Part shown: in pieces, positions 27,501 through 40,039 of the stretch
How the letters are laid out: every line of letters begins with the position of its first letter
How positions within the stretch are numbered: position 1 is the first letter of the stretch
DNA from: Microthyrium microscopicum
Lineage: Eukaryota
Assembly (NCBI GenBank): GCA_010405405.1
Contig: MU004237.1
Coordinates: 534,191 to 598,190, forward strand
Reading direction: 5' to 3'
Length of the DNA: 64,000 bases
Translations under genes and position numbers: made by a program
Notes under the pieces: model-generated
What the model was told of the DNA's origin: nothing
The model's input: the letters and a program-made list of their open reading frames with translations, nothing else
Databases searched by the model: none

Positions 27501-29118
27501 CCTTGCTGAAGGAGTTGTTTTTCTGGCCTGAGCCGTTTACCAGGTCCTTGATCAACTGCGCTGGACGGGGGTTTTGGGGTGGACACTGGAGTGAGGCCAG
27601 GCCCTTGTTACCATGTGTCGCTCAGCTATAAAAAGTATTGGTAAACGAGTAAGGTTAATTTCCGTACTTCTCCGCGTTCAAAGCATCGAATGCGCAATAC
27701 ATTCGATATATCATCTGCATCATCTTCACTAGTTGTTGGCATATCGATGAAGACTAGAGTTTGTGTAGTCAGACATGGGCAAGCGACAGACTGATGAATA
27801 CAGCCTAAATCGGGGATGCTATCGCGTTCCTAGAATTTTAGCATCTGCATCGGCTCCTTCAGCCGGGGCCTGCATGATGCACTCCCTGCTTGATGCGTGA
27901 AGCATGCAACTGTGACTAGCTTTCAAGGTTCCTGCGCCAGATCAAAAGTCGGAATACTGCTTGTTCGTTTTCTTTCAAGTTTCGTTTTGCAAGAATCATC
28001 TTTCTCAAGCTTCCAGCAAGATCCAAGGAACAACGATTTGCGAGCATCCAGACTCCAGGATTGATAGGTCATAGCAGTGTGACAGCTGCGAACGGACTGC
28101 TGAACGACGCGAGTGCTGTGGGCAAATTGGGGTCACTGTGAGCGGTCACCAAATGAGCGAAAGAGGACCAGTCGTTTTACCAATTGGGCGAGGCGTGGTA
28201 TCGAATTTAGCCCATCAATCCTCCTTAAGCCAAAGTGCAGCCACTGTGAGTGTGCGATTGCCTGGTTGGTTTTTCTACTGAGTACTCTGGATTTCTGGAA
28301 GACTAGGCACAAATATTATAGCCTATCAATGATTTTTCCCGAGTTGATTTCTGCGTCTGCCGTGCTCAATGGCTCCATGTACTGGATATGAAAAACGAGG
28401 AGGTTGGATAGGATAAAATGTCGAGTCGAGAAAAGTAAGACAAATGATATGATATCCAAAGCTTCACGGCACTCTGGGATGTTGAGCCGTTGAGCAACTT
28501 GTGCTAGGAAAGTGACAACCAACGGATTCCCCGTGACGATCAATCTGTCAGGGACGGTCAGGGACTGCACAGAAAGATTGAAGCCTCTTTTTTGAATTTT
28601 CACCAGGATCTGAGCTCGCCTGGGCCGTCGGGCGCTCATGGCTGTAAGCCACAACCGCCTTGGTCTCCGCAGGTTGGTCCACTCCGTGCCACCTGCAGAG
28701 CTCGGGAAAATAGTCTTGCGTTCCCTTCATTGATATCGCCCAAAACGTACCTTGTAGGGGCCGCCTAGTCTTCCTATCTTCTGCTCCTTTCCTTCTGGTC
28801 TTCCTTTCGGAGCTTTACTTCTCTGCTGTGTTCCTTCCTCAACATCTCACTCTTTCAATCTTTGAAGTTTGGTGACACCGGATTGTCGACTTCAATCTTT
28901 TCTCAGGGTCGCTCACAGTTCTGATAGTTCAGCTAGAGCTTCATTTGGTTCCACTAACAAGGCCCTGTCACTTCAATCTCTCACCTGCTACGGCGGTGTT
29001 AGTCTTTAATTTCTAACCCATATCCTTACCAGCGTATATCACCACCAGGATATAGCTTTTGGTACATTGCTCGGCATCCTTTGATCTTATAATACTTCCA
29101 CCAGCTTTTATAATCACA

Positions 29119-32069
29119 ATGGCTCCATCGCTAAGTCTCCGACCACGCAGCACAATGGGGGACAGACCTGGTACTCGCGACCATGGTGAGCCAAGTCTGG
29201 CGATCCCAAGTCGAACTTCGTCTTTGCACTCGAGAATTACTCAACCCATCACTGCCCCGCAAAATGTCAAGCCCGGCCAGCGAGTGCCGAAAACCCTCAC
29301 TCATGCCTACATGGTTTGTGGTGTTGGTCGAGAACCATCGCAATGGGTGCGAGCTCCTGCACCAGCACAGGGAAAGATTGGACACATGAAAGGAGCTGTT
29401 GGCCAATTTTGGCTTCCGGAAATCTTGGGAAGCTCTCCAAGACTTGAGCAGGACAATGAGATTGCACGATCGCTTCATGCTGCCATGAGAGTAAGTTGAA
29501 TGTTGAGTTGTTGAAATTGAGTTTGCACTAACCTCAAACCTTAGGCGTGCTTTCCTCACGATGTCGAGATCTGCACAGGAAGGAGCCAACCACATTGCGT
29601 TCACCACACATATGTCCTCCAGCAGGATTCATCGCATACACTTTACGGCATTGCCCTACGAGTATGGTCAAGAGCCGATGAGAAGAGAGCGGAGACCATT
29701 CGCGATCTTCGCAAACGGACGGAGCCGGACTTTTATGACAATGGAGACGAGACCTACTGGATCCCATACTGCTTGAGTTTTCTCTCGAGATATCCTCTAT
29801 ACAATCTTCTTGGTGACTATCTCCGTGGAATGTGGATCCACTGGAACAAGGCCACCAATCTATTCCATGCCGAAGAAGTCTCCCGAATCTTGAGCTTCCC
29901 AGCTCCACGATTGAACGACCTCGTTCGGATCGACATGAAGGATTATGCTCTTTGTTATCAATTCCCTTCATCGCCAACTGGATTCCAGAACTTTGCCATG
30001 TGGCCCCTCTTCACCTGCTTGTCGATTCCTAACATCGTTGGAGTCATTGAAGCTGCAGTTTCTCCCACTCGCCGCATCATCTTCATCAGCCACTACCCAG
30101 CAATGCTTACAATTGCAGCTGAGACAATTCGCTTCTGCGTTCGTGTCTACGAGTGGAGCGGTCTCTATGTTCCAGTCGTACATGCGCGCCACGTCCAGGA
30201 TCTGGTCCAAGAGCCTGGCCCATATATCTTGGGTGTTACTGCAGAGTGCCGCACTCTGTTCACGGCTCCAAATGACGCCCTAGTTGTTGATCTTGACCGA
30301 AACTTTGTGCTTACATCCAGCCCACCATCCGCATTTACAGCTGGTCAGCGGACCAAGATGATTAACCGTTTGAGCAACGCTTTGAGCGGAGAAGTTGCTC
30401 CTTCAGGTGTTCCTCAGCATTTGCGATCTGCTTATGGTGGAGGAAAGCTCATTCCTGCTGGTCAAATCATTGTCATGCGTGGTGAAGTGGATAGTATCCA
30501 AGACCCAGAATGGTGGAATCAGGATTCTGTTATGGGTGTAATGGACCATGTTTGCGAGAAATTGGTAAGTCATTCTCTCAGCGGTTCAACTCATTCTAAC
30601 ATTTCTAGGGTCGAAACAGCGGTCTCAAGGCCATCTTTGGTGGTTCTCAAAAGAAGCCACTCATGACCAAGGTATCAATGCGTCATCTCAATGAGATTGT
30701 TCGTGAGCGCAATCAATACTCACGAGACGCCATGGAGGCCTGGCAAGACTTTATTAACCTCAAGAGCCGTATGGATATGGAGCTCACCAAGGTTAGCAAG
30801 CGCAATAACTTCCTCGTCGAAGAACTCGAGAGCTGGAAACAACAATTCCTTAAATTCCAGGCCTTCGTCGAGCAACTCACCAAGGAGACTCAAGATCTCA
30901 AGATCAAGATCGAGAACCACAAGCGGGACAACCGTCGCCTGACTACTCTCATCGACCAACAGAAGGACGATGCTGCTCGTATTTCTACACGTCTTTCTGG
31001 AACCGAGAAGCAAAGAGACGATGCCCTCGAGGCTCTTGTTCTCCAGCAAGAGATTGCAGAGGAACTCGAGCGCGAGCGCAAGCGCAACAAGAAGGAGCTT
31101 TCTGCTCTTCAACACACCAACTCTACCCTTACCCGCCAACGCGACGAGGCCCAGCGTGTTGTACTTCACCTCCGTGCTCTCATCGATGGGCAGGCCCACC
31201 ACATGGAGCACATTGTCAAATCACTATCAACAGCCCCCGAGCTTTCCGAGTACATCGAAGAAGGCTTCGAGGAAGACGAGGAGGAAGAAGTCGAAGAGAT
31301 TTCTCGCAACGGCAGCATTTCCGAAGTATCCGAACCAAAGTCCGATGAGCAATTCCGTGGCCCTTCCCGCTCCTACAGCCGGGCCTCTACAGTAGATGGT
31401 AAACACCTTGATGGTGAAGACGTCTCCCCTGATATGGAAGACCGGCTTCTAAATAATCCAGTGGCACGTAACCGCCTATCCACTCTTAGCATGGCTGATG
31501 TCGCTGACCGACATCTGCGTGATAAGACCGATGCGATCGCCTACATCATCCGCAACATCAGCGAGCAGTGCGCCGCCGCCGTCGAAGGTCTCGAACTCGC
31601 CCGCAGCGCTGCAGACGACGAGAATGGCTCCGAAGTCGACGAGACGAATCGCTCAGGTGGAAAGGCGCCAGCTGGCACTCTTCGCAAGATGCACTCTGCC
31701 CACCGCCACGACCGTCAATCCTCAACAACTTCCTCCGCCGTGCCACCATCATCACAAGGCTCAGACTATGGTGATGACCACTCGTCAGTGTATCTAGGTA
31801 CCAATGGCCGTGGAGGCTCCGTGCCACCTACTCCTGATCTAGTACACCACCGATCTGGCACCAGCATGAGCATGACATCAGCCAGCACCACACCAGACCG
31901 CCAAAGTCTCCAACACTATCCCAAGGAAGAGCCCGATGTGCCCACCCGCGTCGCCGAAGCCGACGAAGATGTCGAAGAGATCCATCGCGACGAAGCAGCC
32001 ACAAAGTACTCCAACGACGTACGGAGAAGCACAGGCACACGCGTAACCGTCATTGGACGAACGCACTAA
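29119..32069 (+). CDS. DENN-domain protein (putative Rab GEF) with C-terminal coiled coil
   Basis: Exons 29119-29490, 29545-~30565 and ~30610-32069. uDENN/cDENN-type motifs CFPHDVEIC...LYGIALRVW, YWIPYCLSFLSRYP, RRIIFISHYPAMLT, WSGLYVPV, PGPYILG and LVVDLD, followed by a long heptad-rich region. Confidence 0.88.
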
Positions 32070-32949
32070 ACACCCATTTCTTCCACCATGGCGGCTCGCT
32101 CTACGCAGAGCATGATATGTTTAATTAAGCGGCTTTACGTGGCGTTTTGGAGCAACTCAGCGGAATTTGATTTTTGCTCTTTCCGAAACCAGCTCCCCCA
32201 CAAAACCAACCTACCTCTGAAACAAAAAAGAAAAAAAGATCACTGATGGCTTGTTCTACAAAACGTATTTTCCTAGTGTTGTTATTCAACTCCTGTCTCT
32301 CTGCCTGCAGATCCTGTAAACTTTTGCGGACCTTGTACCTCTTTATTCCCCATTTTGCAAATATACCTTCTTCATGACACCCAAGTTTATTGGATTGGAG
32401 GTTTCTCACTTGTTCGGTTGGTGTGGCTCGGAGATCCTTTTTAGTATATAGTTTAGTAGTTAGTCTGCTCTCGATAGGAGATGCGATCTGTCGGGCTTAC
32501 TGCCTGGAAATGAATCTCATATATATACAATATACTTGTTGTTCTCATGGTGACTTGCTTTGGTGCAGAGCCCGTAACTCAAAAGTAGTATTTCTTCAAG
32601 TGACTTTTTATTGGGTTTTCCAGCAATATCAGGTCTAACTCGAAGGTGAACTTATAGAAGTAACTATCAATCTTATAACCCCATTCTATCCTTTGAGTAT
32701 AGTGAAAGAATGCTCAACTGGAATCACAGGTCATTGAACACTGACTTTGCGATCAACATGCATATAACCTGCGCCCATCTATCTATCAACCTGAGCCAGC
32801 CTCATCGTCCGCCAGACACAACACATATCGTGGCTCATTCTTCAAACACTTCTCCCACACAATCTTCATACCCACCAGAGCCAAAGGAAACCACATACTC
32901 CCCCAACAAACTCCGCTACATCATATCAGCAAACCCACAATCCACCAAA

Positions 32950-33546
32950 ATGGCCACCAACCAACCAATCCCAATCCCAGAAACCCACACACTCCTCTCC
33001 CGCCCAACCGCCTGTCTCGCTCTCGAAATGACCTTCCTCGTCTTAAATCTCCTCTTCATCATCATCCTCCTTCTCATCTCCGCCCGTCAAACCATCACCA
33101 TACGCGCACTTCTCGCCCGTCTGGACAAGACTGAGAAACTCACCAAATACATGCTACATAGCGCTCTGCCGAAGAGCTCTGAGGGCATGAGGGATGAAGG
33201 GAATGAAACGCTTTCAGGTGTGCTAAGTGGCCTGTCACTCGAGCGGCCGGTAGTCTACATGTTGCATCTAAGCACGAGCACGGGTGCGTATGAGGTACTG
33301 AAGGTACAACTCCTTGGTGGTGAGGAGGCGGAGGAGGTGGCAGATATGTTGTTGGATGGATCTGTGGATGGAATGGAGGAGACGGAGAAGAAGTCAGCGG
33401 AGCTGGATGAGAGTGACAAGGATGATGGCGAGAAGGCGAAAGATACTGAGGTCAAGCCGGTGAAGTCCTTGACAAAGACTGGGAAGGGTGATGTCGCAGT
33501 TGTGACGGAGGACAATTGTCCAAAGTGTACTTCTTCTCACTCCTGA
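32950..33546 (+). CDS. Hypothetical single-TM protein with acidic C-terminus
   Basis: ATG in an AAAATG context at 32950; TM FLVLNLLFIIILLLISA; 198-codon open frame. Confidence 0.6.
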   Translation: MATNQPIPIPETHTLLSRPTACLALEMTFLVLNLLFIIILLLISARQTITIRALLARLDKTEKLTKYMLHSALPKSSEGMRDEGNETLSGVLSGLSLERPVVYMLHLSTSTGAYEVLKVQLLGGEEAEEVADMLLDGSVDGMEETEKKSAELDESDKDDGEKAKDTEVKPVKSLTKTGKGDVAVVTEDNCPKCTSSHS

Positions 33547-34134
33547 GTTGTCTTATGATTCCGCGCTTGGGGAAGAAGCCGATTCAACTGAAGATGTTAG
33601 CTTGTGGAAAATGATATAAATGTGTAGTATGACTTAGGTACCTTACCAAAGATGATTAGTGGCTTGATAGAATCGTATCTGCTAAGGGCAAATTTTGTCC
33701 GCAAATCAAGTTCGCTTTATGACATAGTTGATTCCAGTTGAGATGTCTTGCCGATCCGCAGATACATAAACCGTGTATCTAATCATCATCTTCTAGACGC
33801 ACCCGCCACATACGCGATGATTACAATCATACATCGTCAAGATCCCACTATCTGCAGCAAAATTATCGTAATTGCATGTTTCGTTTTCAGTTGAAGGAAT
33901 AGCCAGATCTGATAAGAGGTTGCTGTCGCGGAAACGGTGATAAGATGGGTTAATGAAAAGTGTACTGAAAACGCCTTGGGTCGAAAAAGTGCATAATGAA
34001 ATGGGACCTGCATGAGAATGTTGCCATTGGCATCAGGTTTTGCAAGCATCATGTCAACCATAATCGTAGCTACAATAATGGTCTTTCTTGGTATCTTTCA
34101 TTTTTTAGCTACCTACGATACATGCGCTTCATAC

Positions 34135-35296
34135 CTATTCATCGTCGCCAAAGAATACCTTGACGCCCTCGGGCAGCCAAGCATCACCGCAGACCTTGAA
34201 GCGGCCAGTGAGGCTGTTGATGCTCTCCATCTCCTCGTCAGTCAAATCCCAGCCATCGATCTCTTGGTTGGCGAGGATGCGAGATTCAGTGACGGATTTG
34301 GGAATGACACTGGTACCGCGCTTGAGACCCCAGACGAGCCTATTTAATGGTTAGTGATGACTTATAAAGGGTTAAGCGGGTCAATGGAAGCATACAATAT
34401 CTGTTGAACGGTCTTGCCCTTCTTTGCAGCGAGAGACTTGAGATGCTCGTCCTTGTAGAGAGGAGAGTCGGTGGAACCTAGGCAGGAGTAGGCGGTGACG
34501 TGGATGCCTTTTGATTTGCAATATTCGAGATACTTTGGTCTGTGTGGAGTTAGTAAACGAGTGGTGACGAGAACGATTGGGGGGCTTACGATGGGTTGTT
34601 GGGATGAAGTTCGATCTGGTTGACTGCTGGCATGACCTTGAACTCAGGAAGTGCTTGAATGGCTTCGAGATGCTTGATGCCGAAGTTGGATACACCAAGA
34701 TTACGTATCTTGCCAGTGCCGACGAGCTTTTGGAGCTCGATGCTTTCTGGTGTCAGTCCACGATTATTGATTGCTTTGGTATAACATACTAGGTCTTCTT
34801 GTAGTCCCAATCAGAAAGATGCTTCTTCAAGTCGGAAGGATCAGTAGACGAAGGCCAATGCTACAATCATGTCAGTTAATGAACTATCAATCGAATCACT
34901 AAACATACCATCAAATAAAGATCAACATATTCAACACCCAAGTCCTTCAAGGAGGTATCGATACCCTCCTGGACACGCTTATGCCATGGGTTGTCGAGCT
35001 TGGTGGTGATCCAGATCTCCTCACGAGGTACGCCAGAATCCTTGATTCCAAGACCAACTTCCTTCTCGTTGCCATAGGCTAGAGCAGTGTCAATGTGACG
35101 ATAGCCGTTCTTCAAGGCAATCTTGACAGCATCACGGACTTGTCCTGGAGCGGATTGCCATGTGCCTGGCTAGTGATTAGTGTCAGACCTTCATACACTG
35201 GAGGCGGGGCATACCGAGGCCAAAGGCTGGAATCTCATCGCCGGTGTTGAGCTTGAACTTCCACTTGGTGTGGTCGAGGTTGTTGTTGGATGCCAT
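34135..35296 (-). CDS. Aldo-keto reductase (Gcy1/glycerol dehydrogenase-like)
   Basis: LNTGDEIPAFGLGTWQS, GYRHIDTALAYGNE (catalytic D/Y), IWITTKL (K), DLYLMHWP (H), GVSNF, NQIELHP and IPKS, ending FFGDDE*. Four introns. Confidence 0.94.
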
Positions 35297-36819
35297 GGTG
35301 ATTGATCTGAGTTGTATGATGCGATTGGTTCTTTGTGGTTTGAATGGAATTGAGGTCTGTCGAGAGATGGAAGCGAAGAGACAGTTTGGTTTTAGTAGCA
35401 TTCGATGTCAAGCAGATTTTTCTGAATGCTTTTAGTCCGACAGGTTTAGAGGCAAACAAACCGTTGTCCGATATCGTCATGACATGTCTGTGGTGGCATT
35501 GAGGGGCAATTCCCCCACCAATGGAAGTGACTTCATTTGGCAGGGAATGAGGCTGTTGAAGCTTTAATACATGGGTTCGATGATGCTTGGAGTTGGAGTT
35601 GACGGGCAAGGATAAGGCGGGTTCAAATGTTGCCGGTACCATTCCCGAAAATACCGTAAATGAAGTTGGTGATGTCCATGTTGTTGAATTTGATAACATT
35701 TGGAGCTTCAAATTCTTTTGCTGTTTCAATGATTGATGTTCCGCCAAGCAATTTCCCCAACTTTGCAAGTCTTGTCGCGCAACTTCATTTGATCCACTAT
35801 TTACGCCAAAGGCGTCGATGGTACCTCTTAAAGCCAGCCTCATCGTTCCTCTCCTTTTCAATCCAATTTCTGCCCCGACAAAAGTCCCCAAGCATCCATC
35901 TTTTAAGCATTTCAGAAAACCTGAAACACACGATGCAGTAGTCGCGATTGCGATTCATCTGCATTCTCTGGAGTTGGTACTGCATTCCTCATCACCAAAT
36001 CTTCATCCTACTACTCCTTTTCGACATCGGCTTATCATGATATCGTGGCTCGTTTCCCAGATATGATTCTAGATTATTGATCCGTCTCTTTTGCGAACTT
36101 GATTCAAGGAAAATCGTCAACCTTGAGTCTTGGCCCGCTCAACCATAGCGTTGCTATCAAATACTACCAGAGTTACACGACGATGATCCATATCAGTCGT
36201 GAGGTATCTCACTCAAATATCATTGAACGATCTGACCTGTTACCTAACACTGAATATCACAATCAACATCATCAACTCTTGTACGCCTCAGGCCCCAAAA
36301 GACTCAATACATCCCTGACTCGTCCAAGCCCAACACCAATTAGCCTCTCCCCAATCCCAAAGAAGTTAAATGTCAGTACAACCGCCAATTGACATGTCAA
36401 GTGGCGTCCATATTTTACAGCCAAACTCCGTCAATCTTTGGAATCTCAAGCTCTTCCGACTCTCCGACAGCCTGATCGTCCCACACAAAACTTGTCAACC
36501 ACATGGAACCAGCAACACCAAACGGTAGCGCAAGCCTCCTGAGTCCGCCCCAAGCTGTCAAAAGTCATAATAATCGCGTGCATGTACTGTAACGCGCCTG
36601 TAGTGTGTAAATATAACAGTAATCCGCAACGCCATTCTTGGCAAGAACTCTTTCTCCCTTCTCTCTTCATTCTCTTCCTTGTGCCTGGCTGTGTCTATAG
36701 TCGCTCGTTTGAATTTTCAACTACATTCGTTAATATCAAAGTCACACGCTCGTTAAACATCATACATTCTTTACTACCAAACCAACAAGTACATACACTA
36801 CATAAAACACATCGCAAAA

Positions 36820-37350
36820 ATGAAGCCAACAACCCTCCTCCTCGCCTTCGCAAGCACCACAACCGCAACATTCTGCCTCCTTGGTCTCCCCGACCCCTTC
36901 TTCCCCTGCCCATCCAAAGCCGCCGACCCTCTCCCCATCTCTCCAGCTCCAGCAGCACCAGCCGCGCCAGCAGCCCCAGCACCAGTTGCACCAGCACCAG
37001 TAGCACCAGTGGCATCTGTTGCACCAGCACCAGTCATCGCCCCCTCCGCACCAGCCGTCCCAGTAAAGGCCACCACCTCCGAGCCCGCAAAGACAACCAC
37101 GACAGCGGCGGCAGGAACGAGCACCGGTACAGCAGCAGCCTCGGTTAGTAGCAGTGCGGCTAGTGATACGTTTGTTACGGCGACGCAGACGTATATGGTC
37201 AGTGGGAAGCCGTATTTGAGCGCGAATGGAAGTGCGTTGACGAGTCCGACTTTGGCGGTTTATACGCCTGGTGCGAATGCGGCGAATGGGAGAGGGGTTG
37301 GGTGGGCTGGTCTTTTTTTGGCTACGCTTGGGGGTGCTGTTTTGGTGTAG
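36820..37350 (+). CDS. Small secreted Pro/Ala/Thr-rich, probably GPI-anchored cell-wall protein
   Basis: Signal peptide MKPTTLLLAFASTTTA, PAA/PVA repeats, and a C-terminal omega-like NAANG followed by the hydrophobic tail WAGLFLATLGGAVLV. Confidence 0.85.
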   Translation: MKPTTLLLAFASTTTATFCLLGLPDPFFPCPSKAADPLPISPAPAAPAAPAAPAPVAPAPVAPVASVAPAPVIAPSAPAVPVKATTSEPAKTTTTAAAGTSTGTAAASVSSSAASDTFVTATQTYMVSGKPYLSANGSALTSPTLAVYTPGANAANGRGVGWAGLFLATLGGAVLV

Positions 37351-37373
37351 GGAATGTGATTACGGGATGCGGT

Positions 37374-37418
37374 GGGGATGATTGGGAAGATGGGGATGGG
37401 GATGGGGATGGGAATGGG
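37374..37418. repeat. GGGGAT-type simple repeat in a 3' UTR
   Basis: Run of ggggat/gggaat units directly downstream of the 36820-37350 gene. Confidence 0.7.
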
Positions 37419-37653
37419 GTTCACTTCGTGTATATGGTATTAATTGTAATGTCTGTTAGTTGGTTGGTGGTTAGAGGTTGATGAGTGAATGGAGCTTACT
37501 GCGATTTGAGTTTTGTGGTGTTATGATTGTATAGGTGCTATTGCAAACTGGCGATATGTGTTTGATTCCAATGGCTTCCAATTGACTCGCATTCCTAGCG
37601 AATAGCATTCAAGCAGCTTATCTCTCCATCGTATGACATATACCATTCAACAT

Positions 37654-39309
37654 CTATGCTGAGCTCGCCGGCGCAGGTGTCTGTCCACCAGCAGCAGCAT
37701 TACCGCCCCGTCCGCGTCCTCGTCCTCTAAATCCCCGTCCTCCTCTCGTGGTCTCTCCATCCTTTCCACCTCGCCCACCACCCCGAGCACTATCACCAGC
37801 CGCCGCCGCACCCACTCTAGCCGCTCCACCTCCACGCGGTGCGCGCTCCTTATACTCGCTGACTAACACTGTTCCCTTTGCAACATCAACTTTGCCCTTG
37901 GCAATAGCCGCCGCAAGTCCAGTCGATTCGGCAAAGTCCGCGTACGCGATACCCTTGCGCTTGTCGATTTCTACGTGCGTTACAGAGCCGAATGCTTCCA
38001 GTGCGGTGCGGAGGACTTCTTCGGTGATGCCTTGGGAGGGGTTGGCGTGTTTGAGGAAGGCGCGACGACCTGCTGGCGCGGATACGGTGGGTATTGTCGA
38101 AGCTGTAGCTGGTGTGGTAGGAGTGGTCGTTGATGTAGAAGCAGCAGGAGGAGCTACCGATGGCGGTTTTGCTATGGTAGGAGGTTTTTTGAGGATGGTT
38201 AGTGGTGGTTTAGGCGGATCGTCAGTCTTTGGAGGGTCTGCTTTTGTGTTCTTTGATGGGCGACGATCGCGAGCGCGTCGCTCGGGACGGGGAGATCGTG
38301 TTTGCTCGGAGGTCTCTGGAGTTGATGTTTCAGAGGCCGAGTCGTGCTTAGGTGTGGTGACAGTAGTAGAAGCGGTGTTTTCGTTGCCAGCTTTCGGACC
38401 ACGTCCTCGTCTACTTGAAGGTCCGAGTCCCAGATCCCGCTGTATTTTGGCCGCCAAGTCGAAGTTAGCGACAGGTCGCTCCTTTCGACGTTCTGACCGC
38501 GTTGAAGTAGCTGGAGACGGAGAGGCCTTTTCAGAAGTTTGACTTGAAGCTGCAGAAGCCGAGCTAGCTTGTCGGTTGAGGACTTTGACTGCTTCCTTTG
38601 CGGCCCGGTCTGGCTTGGTCAGTTTCTTTGTCTTTTCCGGTGATGATAATGATGTTTCGCCTTTGCCTTTTCGTTTCTTACCACTATCTCGCTCTTTGGA
38701 CTTGGCTCCTGGCTTCTCCTGACGGGCCTTCTTCTCACGGATGTGCTCTATAAGCGGTGTAGTAGTGATTTTATCTTCCTTGTGTGGTTCTAGCTCCGCG
38801 TGTGGTTTGGATAGAGGATTCGTGAGACTTTCCAAAAATTGGATGAACTCCGGATCCTGATCAATGGTCCCTTGACGAGCATCCCGTCTCTTCCTTGAAG
38901 CCGGGACTCTGTTGAATGGTGCAAATTCGACAGATGGAGGTGCAACAAAGACATTATCAGAGGTTCTCATCACGTTTTCAGGATCGACGAAATTAGCAGC
39001 CTGCACTGCTTCCGACAAGGCAGCAACATGGACTTTATCGGTGAGGTTCATGTAGACTCGAGTTTGTCGAGCATGCTTGGTACGATCCTTGGACGGTTTG
39101 CCTTCCCGATAGTTGATCCAGTCCACTCTTCCGGCACCAACTTTCCATTCTGGTCCGATCATTTTTTCAAACTCTGATATTGGCATGCCAGGAGGAAGGC
39201 GGCGGATAACTACTTTAAGACGCGGTTGATTTGCTCGCTTGCTTGGAGGTTTGGTGGGTGCCGCAGGCCCAGTCGTTACGGTGGCGAGGTTTATGATACC
39301 GTTAGACAT
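37654..39309 (-). CDS. UPF3: Nonsense-mediated decay factor Upf3 (Smg-4/UPF3 domain, C-terminal RRM-like region and RGG tail)
   Basis: RLKVVIRRLPPG...VDWINYREGK...PPSVEFAPFNRVP...DARQGTIDQDPEFIQFLESL...TTPLIEHIREKK is the fungal Upf3 signature. Intronless; first ATG at 39309 (the ORF track start is a TTG). Confidence 0.9.
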   Translation of the reverse strand: MSNGIINLATVTTGPAAPTKPPSKRANQPRLKVVIRRLPPGMPISEFEKMIGPEWKVGAGRVDWINYREGKPSKDRTKHARQTRVYMNLTDKVHVAALSEAVQAANFVDPENVMRTSDNVFVAPPSVEFAPFNRVPASRKRRDARQGTIDQDPEFIQFLESLTNPLSKPHAELEPHKEDKITTTPLIEHIREKKARQEKPGAKSKERDSGKKRKGKGETSLSSPEKTKKLTKPDRAAKEAVKVLNRQASSASAASSQTSEKASPSPATSTRSERRKERPVANFDLAAKIQRDLGLGPSSRRGRGPKAGNENTASTTVTTPKHDSASETSTPETSEQTRSPRPERRARDRRPSKNTKADPPKTDDPPKPPLTILKKPPTIAKPPSVAPPAASTSTTTPTTPATASTIPTVSAPAGRRAFLKHANPSQGITEEVLRTALEAFGSVTHVEIDKRKGIAYADFAESTGLAAAIAKGKVDVAKGTVLVSEYKERAPRGGGAARVGAAAAGDSARGGGRGGKDGETTRGGRGFRGRGRGRGGNAAAGGQTPAPASSA

Positions 39310-40039
39310 GGTAGTGGTTAATGACAAGAGTCAAGACTAGAGTTTGGTTGGGTATATTAATTGATAGTGGATGTTCTTCAAACAAGCGGAAGTGTGGTGA
39401 GTTAGATGGTGAGGTATTGTAGCAGTGATATGGTCAACTAGGCCGAGAAGTCCCGGCGCCGCAGAGGATGAATCGACTTAGATGCCGTTTTAGGAAAGTG
39501 TAGGTAAGGTGTTGGTGGGAAGGAGGTTTCCAGGTCTCCCGATCAGTTCCTGCTCTTTATACCATAGTCAATGAGGTGTTTGAATCTTCCAAACAGCGGT
39601 CTTGCCTTTTTGACGAAATTCTACCAAGATCTAGGTTTTGTTGGACCTGATATAGCTGATCTGGGTCCCTTAATGAAGAAAGAGACACTCAAGCTTGGTT
39701 TGCCCTAGCCCTAGATATACGGTACGTCCACATGGCTATTGCCGCAACCGCCGACTTGCACTGCGTCTAGATGCACCGTGAGATGGCAATCTTCAAACTC
39801 ATTTCTGATCCTCCAGCAACTCGAAACACCCTTCTGTAATACTCTTTATTTTTTCGCTCTACCCGCATCACCGAGACGCCCCACTACTCATCTCCATTTC
39901 AAACCATCTTGGAGCTTTCGACACCAGCTCTTTCCGCCTATCTCCCACCACCAACCCCTATACAACCCGTAATACTAATCACTCCACCCCACGATACCTC
40001 TCAAAGGCACTATCTGTCCTCGGAACACTTTGATACACC

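Noticed and set aside
24700..28700. Scattered ORFs, including 26757-27152
   Set aside because: No ATG/splice-supported model or family motif, and no transposase or reverse-transcriptase signature seen.
36695..38542. Antisense ORFs over the PA-rich gene and UPF3
   Set aside because: Shadows of GC-rich low-complexity coding sequence, with no independent motifs.
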